The notes beneath the pieces were generated by a model. The model saw only the letters and a list, made by a program, of their open reading frames with translations. It had not been told where the DNA came from and made no database searches. Positions 1 to 12,909 of a stretch of DNA of 64,000 nt are shown one piece after another. The first letter of the stretch is position 1; each line of letters starts with the position of its first letter. Location: positions 44,888,001-44,952,000 of the forward strand of contig OX597821.1 in the NCBI GenBank assembly GCA_951406725.2. Reading direction: 5' to 3'. The translations under genes were made by a program, and so were the position numbers. This DNA is from Octopus vulgaris. Lineage: Eukaryota.

Positions 1-335
1 GTATATGTATAAAATGTATGTGTATATATATATATATATATATATAATGTATGTGTATATTGCGTTGTTTTTAAATGTCTGGAACTAACAAGCCTGCATT
101 TTTGTATTTCGTTTGCATTTTGTTGTCTGTCTGGTAAATAATATCTCGGTCTCTTTAGTTTCTTTTTCTTTTTTTCTTTCTTTTTTTTTTTTTTTTTGTC
201 AATGGCATTCTATAGGTTTTATGTTAAAATACTAATGTACCTAATTATTTAAGTAAGAATTGGCTCAACTGTTGCTATATTATGTTTCCATGAAGTGACC
301 AGCCATTTTCCTGAAATCATTTCAATGATAAATAA

Positions 336-915
336 TCCTTTACTATAGGCACAAGGCCTGATTTTTTTTTTTTTTTTTTTTTCATGGGAGGGGACTAGTC
401 GATTGCATCGACCCCGATGTTCAACTGGTACTTATTTCGATCGACCCCGAAAGGATGAAAGGGCAAAATGGGCCTCAGCGGGAATCGAACCCAGAACATA
501 AAGAGTCAGAAATACTGCAAAGCTTTTAGTCTGACACTAGTGATTCTGTCTATTCATTGCCCTAATAATCCTTCCTACTATAGGCACAAGGCCTGAAATT
601 AGTGGGGGGGGGACAGTCGATTGCATCGATTCCAGTGCTTAACTGGTACTTATTTTATCGACCCTGAAAAGATGAAAGGCAATAAATATTGATAATTGCT
701 TCAAATTTGAGCACGAGACCAGCAATTTTGTTTTATTGATCTCGAAAGGATGAAAGGCAAAGTCGACCTCGATGGAATTTGAACTCAGAATGCAAATCCG
801 GAAGAAATGCCGCTAAGCGTTTTTGTCCAACGCGCTAACGATTCTGCCAATAGTAATAAGTTATGGGACAACGCCTTCAATTTATGGAGACGGGTCGTCG
901 ATTAGATCGACCCCC
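336..915 (-). mobile_element. Cluster of 3-4 partial copies of a tRNA-derived SINE family
   Basis: Recurring blocks 'cctt..tactataggcacaaggcctga', 'aactggtacttattt..atcgaccc.gaaa.gatgaaaggc' and 'ggaatttgaactcagaa'. These are the reverse complement of the SINE seen at 28890-29330 and 61066-61288. Confidence 0.75.
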
Positions 916-962
916 AAAGAACTTTAGCTATAGTAACTTTGATTCTGTGCACACATACACAC

Positions 963-1000
<38 letters not shown>

Positions 1001-2098
1001 GTATATATGTATGTATGTATATAAACGATATTATGAAATATTCCAATATTGCAATCCTCTTTTTATAGAACAGTGCTGGTTGTGATTTTCGTTGAAAAGT
1101 TGATCGTGACGGTTTTTGTAAAGAATCTATATTTAAGTTATAATATATAGCTTGTGTGTATATATATATATACATCCTGTTTTATTCTACTCTCGTGTGC
1201 GTGTGTGACTGGCGTATTATAGTGAGCTGTGCGTTATATAAATGAGCTTGGTGTTTTGACAGTCAAGACTGAAGGAGAAAGCTGATATAAATGCTGATAG
1301 TAATGTTTTGCTAATTCAAAGATGTCAAATTTTCTGTTTAGTTTATTTCAATAAACAGTATTTCGCTTTTTAGCAAGTCTCAATTAGATACTGCAGTGTA
1401 CATTAAACAGCCAAAACAAATACGCATTGCTCCTAATGTATTGCTAATTATATAATAATATTATTAGTAATTAAACCCGTCTGGTCACAGGATTGTTTCA
1501 TAAAAATATTTTGTAACTAAGAAAACAATGTCTTCTTTGTATTCCCTCTCAAGATTATTTCATATTTACATACATAGAGAGAGGTTAGTGTTTTACTTTA
1601 TTGCCGTTTTTACGTGAATGAGTTATATTTTATATTATTGTGAGATTAGTGAAATCAATACTAGCAGCCATCAAAACATCCTCTACCATTATATATTCTC
1701 TACTTTTAAATAGTTCCATCGTTCTGTATTCTACCACTGGACACTATTTTATCAGTCTATATATATATCACATCCTCTCTCTCTATCTCTCTCTACATTT
1801 AAACAGTTCCGTCATTCTGTTTTATTATTGGACATTATTCTATCAGTCTGTATAACTGGCCTGTCGTTGTTTATGATACAGAAATCTACTCCAGTATTTT
1901 AGAAATGATCATTTAGCTTTAGATATCGGTGAATCTATTTTTCGTAATTCATTATTTCTATACATTGTTTCCTTGTTGCCAATTTTACATTTATTATTTT
2001 ACTACTTAACCTCATACAGAATATCAAAGCTTATCTTTAAAGGTCTGCCAGATAAATTATCAAAATATTCTAAGGTTCACTTTTCTTTCTATTTCTTA

Positions 2099-2165
<67 letters not shown>

Positions 2166-4639
2166 AGTAGTATAATTTATGCAAAGTTATCAAAATAAAT
2201 TTCTATATGATGAATAATAATAATAATAAAAAAGCAACGGAAAAATTCCATCTTTTCTCACCATTAACTTGCAGTATATTTTTGAATGTTTCACTGCTTA
2301 TTTTTCTTTGTACATTAAAATATTAATCATATTGCAGTGAGCAATGTTATTATATCTTGTCATCCCATTGATTCAACCAGTGAACATCAAATACACGTAC
2401 GACTATCAAATTTGTCACAACCTTACAACTGTTCATAGAACATAGCTCTCTCTCTCTTTAACCAACATGTTCAGCTCTAAACAAGTATAGTATATTATTG
2501 TGCTACAATAGTTGCTTGTTTGGTGGTTTGGGCGGCTACAAAGTGCTACTGTTCAGAAATATTGTCTTAGTGAAAGAAATAAGTCATTTTGTAAAATCTA
2601 AGTCGGTGATTGTACATGATGTCTGTTTGAGATGTACCAAACAGGCTGGCACTGATTTAGTAAACTTTGGATAGGTCAGAGAATCGGTGTTATCAGTTGG
2701 AAGAAATCTACGAGAAGAGAGACTTAAAATATATAGTTATCCACGATATTAAGTTGACTGACTCAACACTAATCTATTACTAGTATTTTTATTCTCCATC
2801 AGGGTCTGAAGATCATAAAGGGATTTTTATTTAAAAAAATTTTTTTTTTTTTTTGTGCCTGTCTCTGTCCTCTCTATGGATGTGGAGAATTTAATCTTAA
2901 AGCTTGAATGAATGACTGATATTTATACAATTCTAAATGGTAAACCACTAATTTTGAGATTGTACCCTTATTGTCTTGTTAAAATGATAGTGCTTTGTAG
3001 TAACTAGTTTTATCCTTCTTTCTTCTGACTTCAAATCCTATAAAGATTGACTTTGTATTCAATTCTTCTAGGATTGTTTTTCATGTAATCTCAAACCAGT
3101 CCTGATGTAGCCATCTTATAATCAGAGATGTTCCAGTCATGACCACCTCGTCTTTTATTCAGTTATAGTTCATCTAGGACCTCATAATTCAATGTAACCT
3201 AGATTTTTACAGTTTAAGAGAGATTTGGCTGCTATTTTCACAAGTTGATTAAATATTTACTAATTATATATTAAGTTCAAATCATCCAAATACATTGCTA
3301 AGGCTATCATCTTGCATAAGAAACATTTGATTTAAATCAATAATTTTAATCTTTTAATATATTTCTTAGTGTCGGTTTAGTCACTTCCAAACATTTTTTT
3401 CTCTACATTCATCATACATTGTCCAATTTATGATGCTTTTCCACGTTTGCCTGTTAACATGAATCTATTTAAGGTCTGATGCCATAATTTCAGCCATCAT
3501 TTGAATAAACATTCTAAATGTAAAAGGCTACCTTGGAAACTGGTGTATTTTGGATAAACACTGTAGACACACCAACCTAAACAATAATAACAAACTTATA
3601 CTTGATGACTTGGATACAGCAGATTTTGTCACTTCTGCAATGTTCTACAGCAAGAATGGAACATCTGGACACTAATGATCAATAAAATGTTTGTTTTTGT
3701 CTATTAAAAGTATGACAGCTATATTGTTTTGGTAACAACAAAACCCCTGGAACTCGAAAGTTTTAACAATTTAAAATCTGTTTGTTCCCCAAAGAAATTG
3801 ATAAATGCTGAAAGAGTCTGATTCCTATCATAGCATCAAAAACTGACTGAATCTATTTAAGATTGTTCTCGGTGATTACATGGATCAACCTGATTTTGGT
3901 GAATTTGATAAAATTGAAACTAAGGGACTGAATAGTGCAGAAGACGATTTAAATGAGTCTTATAGACTCCATACAACTACGTGAGCCTCGTGTGAAGAAA
4001 GCATCAGAATATCTCCATACGTGCATTGAATTCATTAAACAGCTGCTTTAAATGATTTCTAAATTTCAGCTAAATGAAACAAACAAAGTAAAGGGTGAAA
4101 GAGCTTGATCATAGAATCACATATTGATAGAAACAAGTAGAAGTTTGATTATAAATGGTGCTTTTGTGAATGTAAACATGCACCATTTATATATCCTACA
4201 TTGGGGAAAAGTTGAAATCTGGAGAAATAATCACTATGAGAAAGTATATAAATCTATTACTACAGGTTGAGGAAATTATTAAAAAGAATTATTCTGCAGG
4301 TATTTATGGAATTGGCTTAAACACTATAGTAATCAGTGTGAAATACCATTATTTTAAGTTCACATTTCCCTGTTTACATAGGTCAGATGAAATTTGTTGT
4401 GGAAATTTTTCTACAGCTCAATATTTTTTCTGTTAGTAGCTCTCATCTGCTAGTCTTTTGCGCATAAACCACTTAATAGCTGGAAAATAGCAAACGACAC
4501 CACTTGTTGGATAGTAGGCATGAGCATATGATGCACACACACATCATACCACAAAGTAGAGAATGCTAGAAAGAGCAACCTTTTCTGGACTTGTGATAAG
4601 TTCACATCTCACCTAGATGATTATGCCTATAGTTTCCAA

Positions 4640-4800
4640 AAACAAGAGAGGTTTTCTAAATACCTGATTAACAAAATGGTAAGAAGGCCTCTAAACTTCC
4701 ATGTTGTGATAGTGTTATGTCATATCAGTAGTTGTCCAAAAATATCTGTAAGATACTACATTCCCATGAGACATGACATTGTTGCCCAGGCAGTCTGCCT
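4640..4800 (+). mobile_element. Short relic of an RLE-type (R4/Dong-like) non-LTR retrotransposon, zinc-knuckle region
   Basis: About 4720-4790 translates as HISSCPKISVRYYIPMRHDIVA, resembling the HIxSxC...RHD motif that precedes the restriction-like endonuclease. The fragment is very short. Confidence 0.4.
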
Positions 4801-4859
4801 AATTTCGTACCACTGCAAAAGGAATTGTGAGCTGCAATAAATTCAATTTTGAATATAAC

Positions 4860-5035
4860 CATCATCATCATCAAACGTCCATTTTTAATGCTGGCATGTG
4901 TTGGACAGCTTAACAGGAACTGGCAAGGCCAGGGGCTGCACCAGGTTCCATCATCTATTTTGATTTGGTTTTTATGGCTGGATGCCCTTCCTGAAGTCAA
5001 CCACTTCACAGAGTGTGGACTGGGTGCTTTTTTTC
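4860..5035 (-). mobile_element. RTE-type LINE/SINE shared 3' tail fragment
   Basis: (CAT)n followed by 'aaacgtcc...ggctggatgcccttcctga...accact', the reverse complement of the tail at 61775-61967 and 50940-51105. Confidence 0.65.
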
Positions 5036-6369
5036 GAGACACCAGTGTCAGTATTTTTTATGTGTCACCTTAGTTTTAGGATATCAATTCTGTTGTGGGC
5101 AGGATCTTCTCGAACAGCAGAATATGATACAGCTGTAATACTAAAGGGTGGACAAGATAGGTTTAGCTTATGCAGATCAAATAAACACTGACATAGATAC
5201 TGATAGTGAACAAAATAAAAACTTTGGATCTGAAGTTTATAATGACATTCCAGACTATTAATAAAGATTGTGACTTGACAACTGATACAGGAATAAATAT
5301 AACAAATGGTGATAGAGTTCTCAGATAACAAAAGGATTGAAACCCAATTTGTTTCCAGGTGATATGAGATTCTTGTATGTGACTGAGTTTATTTAAAGTG
5401 GCTTTTACTTCAGTGTCATGGCCATTCAGTTGACTGTAACTGTTGAACATAAAGGATCTGCATACTTTTTTGCTTTGTTTTGTCTGTCTCTTTTTTTTAA
5501 CAAAAAACTTATTATAAATGGTAATGGCCTGACTTTTCATCAAGTCAGGTGCTATATCTAGTTATATAATAAACAAACACATCTTTTACTAAAAGAACCT
5601 TGTACCTATTTAAAAACAACATTTTATCTTGAATGTCAAGTGAATTTACAAAAACCTGACATATGAAACATTAATGTGTTGTGCTGCTCTTAAATATTAT
5701 AAGAAATACTTTTTTTTCTTTACAATAGAGTTAATTTTATAAACCATCTGAAACATGATTTAATTATTGTTAATGACTCCACTGACATTCCTGTAATATA
5801 TATAAGACACAGAAATTCCATACATAGCAAATATATACATTCCAGGATTTAGGTCTTCTTTGTACATTAGATTTATATTTAAAAGAAAAAATACAAAATT
5901 TAATCAATTTACTTTTAAAAAATAACATAAATATTAAGAAATATATGAATAAGGTTATTGAAATTTATGAAAATATGTGGCTGAAATTTATATGCTAAAT
6001 ATCATACTAATAGTCTCTTGAGAATGAAAAATGCTCCCTGTGAAAAGCAATTTCTTCTATTAAGTTTAAATTTAGATTTCCAAGGACAATCATCATTATT
6101 GGCAGTATTTAGAACAGACGTACAGCAATTAAGACAAAAATGGTCTGCTAGTTAAGAGAGTGGTTTCTTGTGATCTGAGAAATTTAAAAATAGAGATCAA
6201 CAGATTTGATCACTTAAAATGTTATTCTTGAAGTTATAAAGGATGTGATTTTACTTTTATTAGTTTCATAATTTAAAAAAAAATAAAGAAAGGGATAATG
6301 TAGAAGGAAATGACACTTGTAAATTGATCAATATTACATTCTACTCTAGCTTCAAGTAAAAAAAAACCT

Positions 6370-6650
6370 CAGCACCATCTGAACGTGGTTGATGCCAGTA
6401 CCCCCTGATTGGTCCCCATGCCAGTGGCACATTAAAAGCACTATCCGAATATGATCAATGCCAGGCCCGACTGACTGGCTCCTGTACCAGTGGCATATAA
6501 AAAGCACCCACTACACACTCGGAGTGGTTCGCGTTAGGAAGGGCATCCAGATCAGATTGGAGCCTGGTGCAGCTGCTGGCTCTCCAGACCTCAGTCAAAC
6601 TGTCCAACCCATGCCAGGATGGAAAACAGACGTTAAATGATGATGATAAT
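6370..6650 (+). mobile_element. RTE-type 3' tail fragment
   Basis: 'aaaagcacccactacacactcggagtggtt...aggaagggcatccag...ccatgccaggatggaaaacagacgttaaatgatgatgat', the same tail as 61775-61967. Confidence 0.7.
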
Positions 6651-7823
6651 GAAGAATTTAATAAAATAACACCATTATTAAGCTAGTGTTTGGAACATAA
6701 ATTAATGTGAAATATTGATGGGAAGTTTAAATTTAGATCACATTAATACAGGGAGTCTATGGCAGGTTGGTATCAAAAGGGTTAAGCTACATCCAAACTA
6801 AAGTTATGAATACTGTTCACATAATCCATAATCCTAGACATTTATTTATATAGTGTTATCAGCACCAAGCAGTGATGAAGAATAAACAAACTTCAGGTTA
6901 GTTAAAATATGTTTGTAACATATTTTAACTTCTAAAGGCAAATTCATTTAATCTACCATGGAGTAAAAATTCTTTTGTATGGTAAAAAGTGTAAAATATG
7001 TTACAAGCATATTTAAATATATGATATAAATATATAAATTAGTATTAGGTAGGAAGTTAATGTATTTATGGATTTTGTGAATGAATGAATCATTTGTTAT
7101 AGGTTTCTAATGGGCTTACCCTTGCTTCACTGTACTTCTCAGTAAGATCTGTCAGGAAATGTCTCTGTAGCACAGGTATAATAAATACCACAAGGTATTT
7201 TGTTGGAAAATATACACAAGTAGACAGAGCAATAAAACAACTAAGACAAGTTACTTTTGGGTATTTGTATACATGTGTGTGTGCAATCTTTCCTTCTGCT
7301 AACTTCACTAAGCATTGATCAGCCTAAGATTCTATGCAGTGAGATTGAATCTGGACCCATGTGGTTACAAAGCAGACACAACCATACATGTGCCCGCTTA
7401 ATTAGTTTACTTTCAAGCCTCAGTTCAATATTAGCACATCCTATGGCGTTTTGGATCTTGGCAATATTTCTCCTCTGTTCTAATTATTAATTTTCCCACA
7501 GTAACCAACATCTGAGCCCTTACTATATGATTTAATTAATTTATCATTTATCTGTTGAATATATGTATGTATCCTGTTTGCGCTGACTTTGTAAGCCAGC
7601 CATGTGATGAAGTTAAGAAAATTTGAACTTTCAACCCTGAAGAATATATAAACATCTGAATATTAAAAAGTACATGTACAGTTCTATATTTTGGTGAACT
7701 ACACAAATCTTGCAAAGCTTTCTTACTTTCCTAAGTTAATGCTAAAACCTAAGGAACAAGAGATAAAATTTACATGGAAAGAAAATGTGGGGGAATTTAA
7801 TTTGTATATAAATATTTGTAACT

Positions 7824-8960
7824 GTACAAAGTATTCAGGCTAAATTTGATAGGCTTCATAAATGGAAAAGAAGTATTTTTTTAAAAATCAAACAATTCCA
7901 ACAAGGTTGTGGCTAGGAGATGACAGTTTACTCAAAGTAGACAACCTCAGCTTCCACCACAGCCTTAAAATGGCTATGGAACCTGGCATATCTGTTCCTC
8001 ACTGTCCCTGGAAAGATCTTTCAACACCACCTTGATCTTGGCCTTGGTGTTGCAGGCTGTATAGCTGGTGTCAGTCTCAGTTGTGCCCCATACGTAATAA
8101 TCCACTGGATTACAGTTGGAAGAATTAGGAGGCCAGAAATTGGGGCTGATGAAGTCATAGAAATTCTCTGACAACCACTTCTAACTCTTTCCAGAGGTAT
8201 GACAAGGAGCCAAATCCTGTTGCCAAACATATGGCCTTCCAGCAGCTTCACATAGCTGTCCAAATTGAGTTTAAGGCCCTGTTCTATGATGTGGAATGAC
8301 ATGATGTCACTGGTGACACACCCCAAGGTTGTTACAATTTGGGAGAACTTGGTTTTCATAATACATGAGACATCACATGGAAGCTACCTGTTGTTCTGGT
8401 TGTGCAACTGGTCCTGGCAGAAGTTTTTTTCATCTGAGAAGAACCAGATCATCCTCAGCTCAACAACATGCCTCAATTCAGGAGCTTCTTTACCTTCATC
8501 AAGCAGTTCTCATTATCTTCCTTGCAGCTTTTGTACATGTGGTAGCAAAGGTTCTCACTTAGGGTCAGCTGCAACTTCAGCACTCATCTCTCTTACCAAA
8601 GCCTGAATTCCCTTGCCCTGATCTTCCGTCACCATGTCCATGTGGGCACAGAATGCCCACTGTGTCCCTTCCTGCTGGTCATGGCTTCATAGTCTCTATT
8701 GCAGCTGCCCATGTCACATCTTGCAGTGTTCACAGAGCATTGAGCAACAGTCATGATGTCAGCATTTTGACACCTAGTGTGAATCATGATACAGGTAACT
8801 CTTTTCCAATATTGAGATGGCTTCCATTCCTCCATATCTGCTAACCTCTCAACTACAACTTCAATCTTATGCTCTCTAATGCCATTGAATGTTCACCATT
8901 ACATGTAGCTGTTTCTGAAAAAGAGAAACAAAATATTGTCAACTTTAGACCTCTCCCTCT
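7824..8960 (-). mobile_element. Degenerate Tc1/mariner-superfamily DNA transposon
   Basis: Frameshifted ORFs 8629-8835, 8021-8359 and 7974-8174 give an HTH-like N-terminus and the catalytic-region motif FWPPNSSNCNPVDYYVWG (cf. WPxxSPDLNPxD/E). Weak TIR similarity ('ctaaa.ttga') at both ends. Confidence 0.75.
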
Positions 8961-8969
8961 CTCTATCTT

Positions 8970-9037
<68 letters not shown>

Positions 9038-9060
9038 TGTGTGTGTGTATATGTATATAG

Positions 9061-9549
9061 AGATAAATTAAGAAATGGAGTTAAATGCAGGTGTTATTCA
9101 AACCTCTACTTCCGACATTTGTTTTGAAGAAAACATTGATATTATTCCGGAGGGAACTAAATGATGTAAAGCAATGCAATCAACTCAAGGAAAAAAAAGA
9201 AACAAAACATATCACTAAGCCATTTTAACTGAATGTGATTATTGCATATATGATGAAGGGGGAACGCTGGCAAGTTATTTTTTTAAAAAACCGTTAATAG
9301 ATCTATTGGTTTTTTAAAAAATAACTTGCCAGCATTCCCCTTCGTCATTATACACAGTAATCACATTCAGTTAAAATGGCTTATTGATGTGTTTTTTTTT
9401 TTTTGTTTCTTTTGCCCTTATGAGATGATTGCATTGTTTTACATCGTTTTATTTTCTCCGGAATAATATCAATGTTTTCTTCAAAACGTATGTCTGAAGT
9501 ATAAAGATTTGAATAACACCTGTGTTTAACTCCATTTCTTAATTTATCT
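9061..9549. repeat. ~490 bp loopless imperfect palindrome (fold-back element)
   Basis: 'agataaattaagaaatggagttaaa' at 9061 is the reverse complement of 'tttaactccatttcttaatttatct' ending at 9549. Complementarity continues throughout to the centre 'aataga|tctatt' (9296-9307). Confidence 0.95.
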
Positions 9550-10149
9550 ATGTTATACAAAAACATTTCACTTAACTCTGGAATTTCTACCTTTATAAGT
9601 GGGCTGTAACATCCTTGGAACTTGTGGGAATTTTTGCTACCCTGGTAACTATTATCCCTGCTCAAAGAATTTCTTGTCTTTACTGGTGAAAAGCTTCACT
9701 GGGTGAATTTTACATCCTATTCAGAGTTGAAGGTCTGTCCATTCAATGAGTTTTCAATTGCACAAGGTTGGGCATTTATAGAGGTTGCAGCAAAACTTCT
9801 CACCTAAGCCCCAGTAACTTCTGCTATGTCTGCCAAAAATGATGAAAGACAATGCTATTGATTACCAAGTGCTGGATGCTTCTGGTGGATCACTCTTAGC
9901 AGTTTGTCCAGTCCTATCAAATTGAAAGCACAACCTTCTTTAGGTGAAGTCCTGCATTGGTGATTGTGTGAGATAGTTCACCACACTTCTCCCATGATTG
10001 TTTGTTTCACATTGATTAAGAAGGCCTTTTTTTTTTTTTTTGTTTGTTTGTCCTCTGTTACCATTCTCTTCAAAAAAAGGGATTGTTTTCTCCATGTTTC
10101 TGCCACAACTCACAGATGGAAATCCATTGGGTAGAGTCAGCCGCATTCA

Positions 10150-10570
10150 GCTGATGTGGGACCCAAACATCAACTCTGCTGATGTAACCATGTTAATGTA
10201 GATGGTTTTCGACATTCAATTTTGATGTTTGGGGAATATCTGCATTCATTCTGGTCATAAAATAGGCTCATATTAACTAAACTCCTTCATCAAAATTTTG
10301 AAAACCACTTCTGGCACCCATGTTCACCATACACAGTGCTTATCTTCCTGTAGGTTTCCACTGCTTTCCTGCCTTCTTTAGATTAAAAAAAGCATGAGGT
10401 GTCGATAATATTCATTTTAGTCCTCCATTTCCAGTGTGATCTCAAATATAAAATACTAGTTTGAAGTGTCAAGTATCTAACAAATGCACATACACAAGGG
10501 ACAGACTGATTTGAGTGCTTGAAGATTAGTGTTGACAAATACTAAATGGATTTTTTGGCCAACCCAATGC
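10150..10570 (-). mobile_element. Mariner-like transposon 5' fragment
   Basis: The minus strand at ~10293-10318 reads CQKWFSKF (mariner HTH 'VxxWFxxF' motif). TIR-like 'ttttttggccaacccaat' at ~10551-10568. Confidence 0.45.
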
Positions 10571-12909
10571 ATAAATTCTGTAAACTGAACACAGTATTTA
10601 GTAGTAAATTGTATACAATTAACATTAAAATTTTCTGGCTGAAAACTCAAACCTGATTGTAAACTGAATTATATTAATATGATATCTGGTAAGTAAATAA
10701 AAGTATATTTAATGCTTAGAATATCAGAAAGCCACACTATTAAAATAATTAGTAAAACAATGATACAGAAGATCACTTTGAGAATGTTTTACTTGTTGAA
10801 GCTTTTTAGCAAAACTACGGCCTCACAATCATGTAAAGTACTAGCAGTTGAATTGCTAAGTAAACATATATAGATATTTATTACAGTAGAGTAAGAGTAT
10901 GCTACAAAATGAAATTAATATGGGTGCCAGCTGCATGATATTTAACAGTTAAATAGGTAGATGTATATTTAGTTAATTGAGTTAAGAATTCAGCTAATGG
11001 AGACACCTAGTGTTCACGGAAACCAATAACAATTTGTATCTGATGTTGTTGAGAACCTATCATTGGAGAAATGTAGATAGGTGGCTGTATATAGGTATAA
11101 AGTGTGAATTAATGAGGCAATAATGATGATGGTAGGTCACAAGACTATTGACAAGAGATTTGAAATTTAGCATACACAATCATTTATATGTATGTGTTGT
11201 TATTATTTTCCATCTGCTTTTCATGCTGGAATAGACAGGATGGTTCAATAAGATTTGCTCCAATGTCCCATTTGTGGAATGTTTTTATGGCTGGATGCCC
11301 TTCCTAACACCAACTACTTTACAGAATGTACTGGGTGCTTTGTGTGTGTGTGGACCGACACAAAAGATGTCTTGCTGTCTGTGAGATTAAAGAGCCTTCT
11401 CGAGCACTGTATTGTCACTGCTTGAAGCAAATACGGAGAATGATAAAGTGGTATTGGTTTTGATAATGGGGTGGGTTGAATACTGGGATGGGTCAATCTG
11501 CTTGTGGTCTTAATAAAGTTACATAGATTTATTGTTGAGAGAGAGTAGATATAGTATAAAGGTCTAATGGGAGGGAAAGTGAAAACTTGCATTCAGAGGT
11601 TAGAGAGTGAGTGGACAGTGGGAGATGTGCTAGCCCACATTATACATAGGTGGATAAAATGGTATTTGAAGTAAAAATAAGATGGAAGTAGATAATGGAA
11701 AGGAAAAATAGTCTCAGGAGATTAGTCAGAGCAGAACTTGAGACTTCATGATTCTAGATTTTGATTCCACTTCTGGATTTTTTTTTTTCTTTCTTTAAAT
11801 TTTCAATAATCTTTGCTCTAAAAACTAAGTCATCAACATATACAGTGGCTCCCATGAGCAGCTGGTCTTAAAGTTCACTGTTATGGCCCTAAATGGATGA
11901 TGAGAGGGTTTGATAGCTGAGCCTGGTAGACACCTACTTGCACTCCAAATTTCTTGCTGAACTCGTTTCCAACACTCACTTTACTGACTATATCATTATA
12001 CATGATTTGCACTGCTCTCACCAACCATTGTTCATCTTCTAGTTTTCTAAGTAACCACTTGACTAGAAATTGTCTAGGTCTTCTGTAGATCAGTGTATGC
12101 TAAGGAAAGAGGCTACACGCACATGCTTACACATACATACAGACAACAGGCTTCCTACACTTACCACCTACCATATTCACTATCGAGGCTTTAGTCAGCC
12201 AAGGCTGTAATAGAAGACTCCCAAGGTGCCATACAGTAGGACTAAATCTAGAATTGTGAAATTCTGAAGCAAACTTCTTAACTATGATGTCAGCTAGTTT
12301 AAATCTATTTTAGCTTTTCATGATGGACATGGTAATACTGGAGAGGCAACTGAACAGAAACATATTTTTATGGCTCATAAAATTAATCATATACATTAAA
12401 AACATTAAAAGCTTTATCTATAATTAATTGCATAGAAAAGAATTAACTATTGTTTAGGCTAGCTTCATGAGAGAAAGTACATTATCAAAAGTTATATGCT
12501 CTTTAACCTACATTTCACTATCATCATCATCATCATCATCTCGTTCACTTTTCTGTGCTTGCACGAGTTATATGGAATTTGTTGAGGAAGATTTTCTACA
12601 TCTAGATTGCCCTTTCTGTCACCAGCCCTTAACTGTTATTTCTCCATGACCAGAGGCATTTTCATGAAGTGTTGGATATGAGTGACAATGGCATTCATTT
12701 ATTGCTGCCATGCAGTGTCAGGATGGGGAAGCACTTGCATGCACACACTCCTATACATGTACACATATGCATACAATAGGTTTCTTTCAGCTTCTATCTA
12801 CCAGACCACTCAGGACTGAACATGAAGCCATGCAGTTGGCAGGTGAACTTCTTGACCACACAGTCACACCTGCACTTTATATATATATATATATATATAC
12901 ACATACGCA

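Noticed and set aside
6853-6896. Candidate first ITM2 exon (ag...cttcag|gttagt)
   Set aside because: The frame compatible with the phase-0 acceptor at 16388 contains a stop, and the ATG frame ends in phase 1. It could be non-coding but is unsupported.
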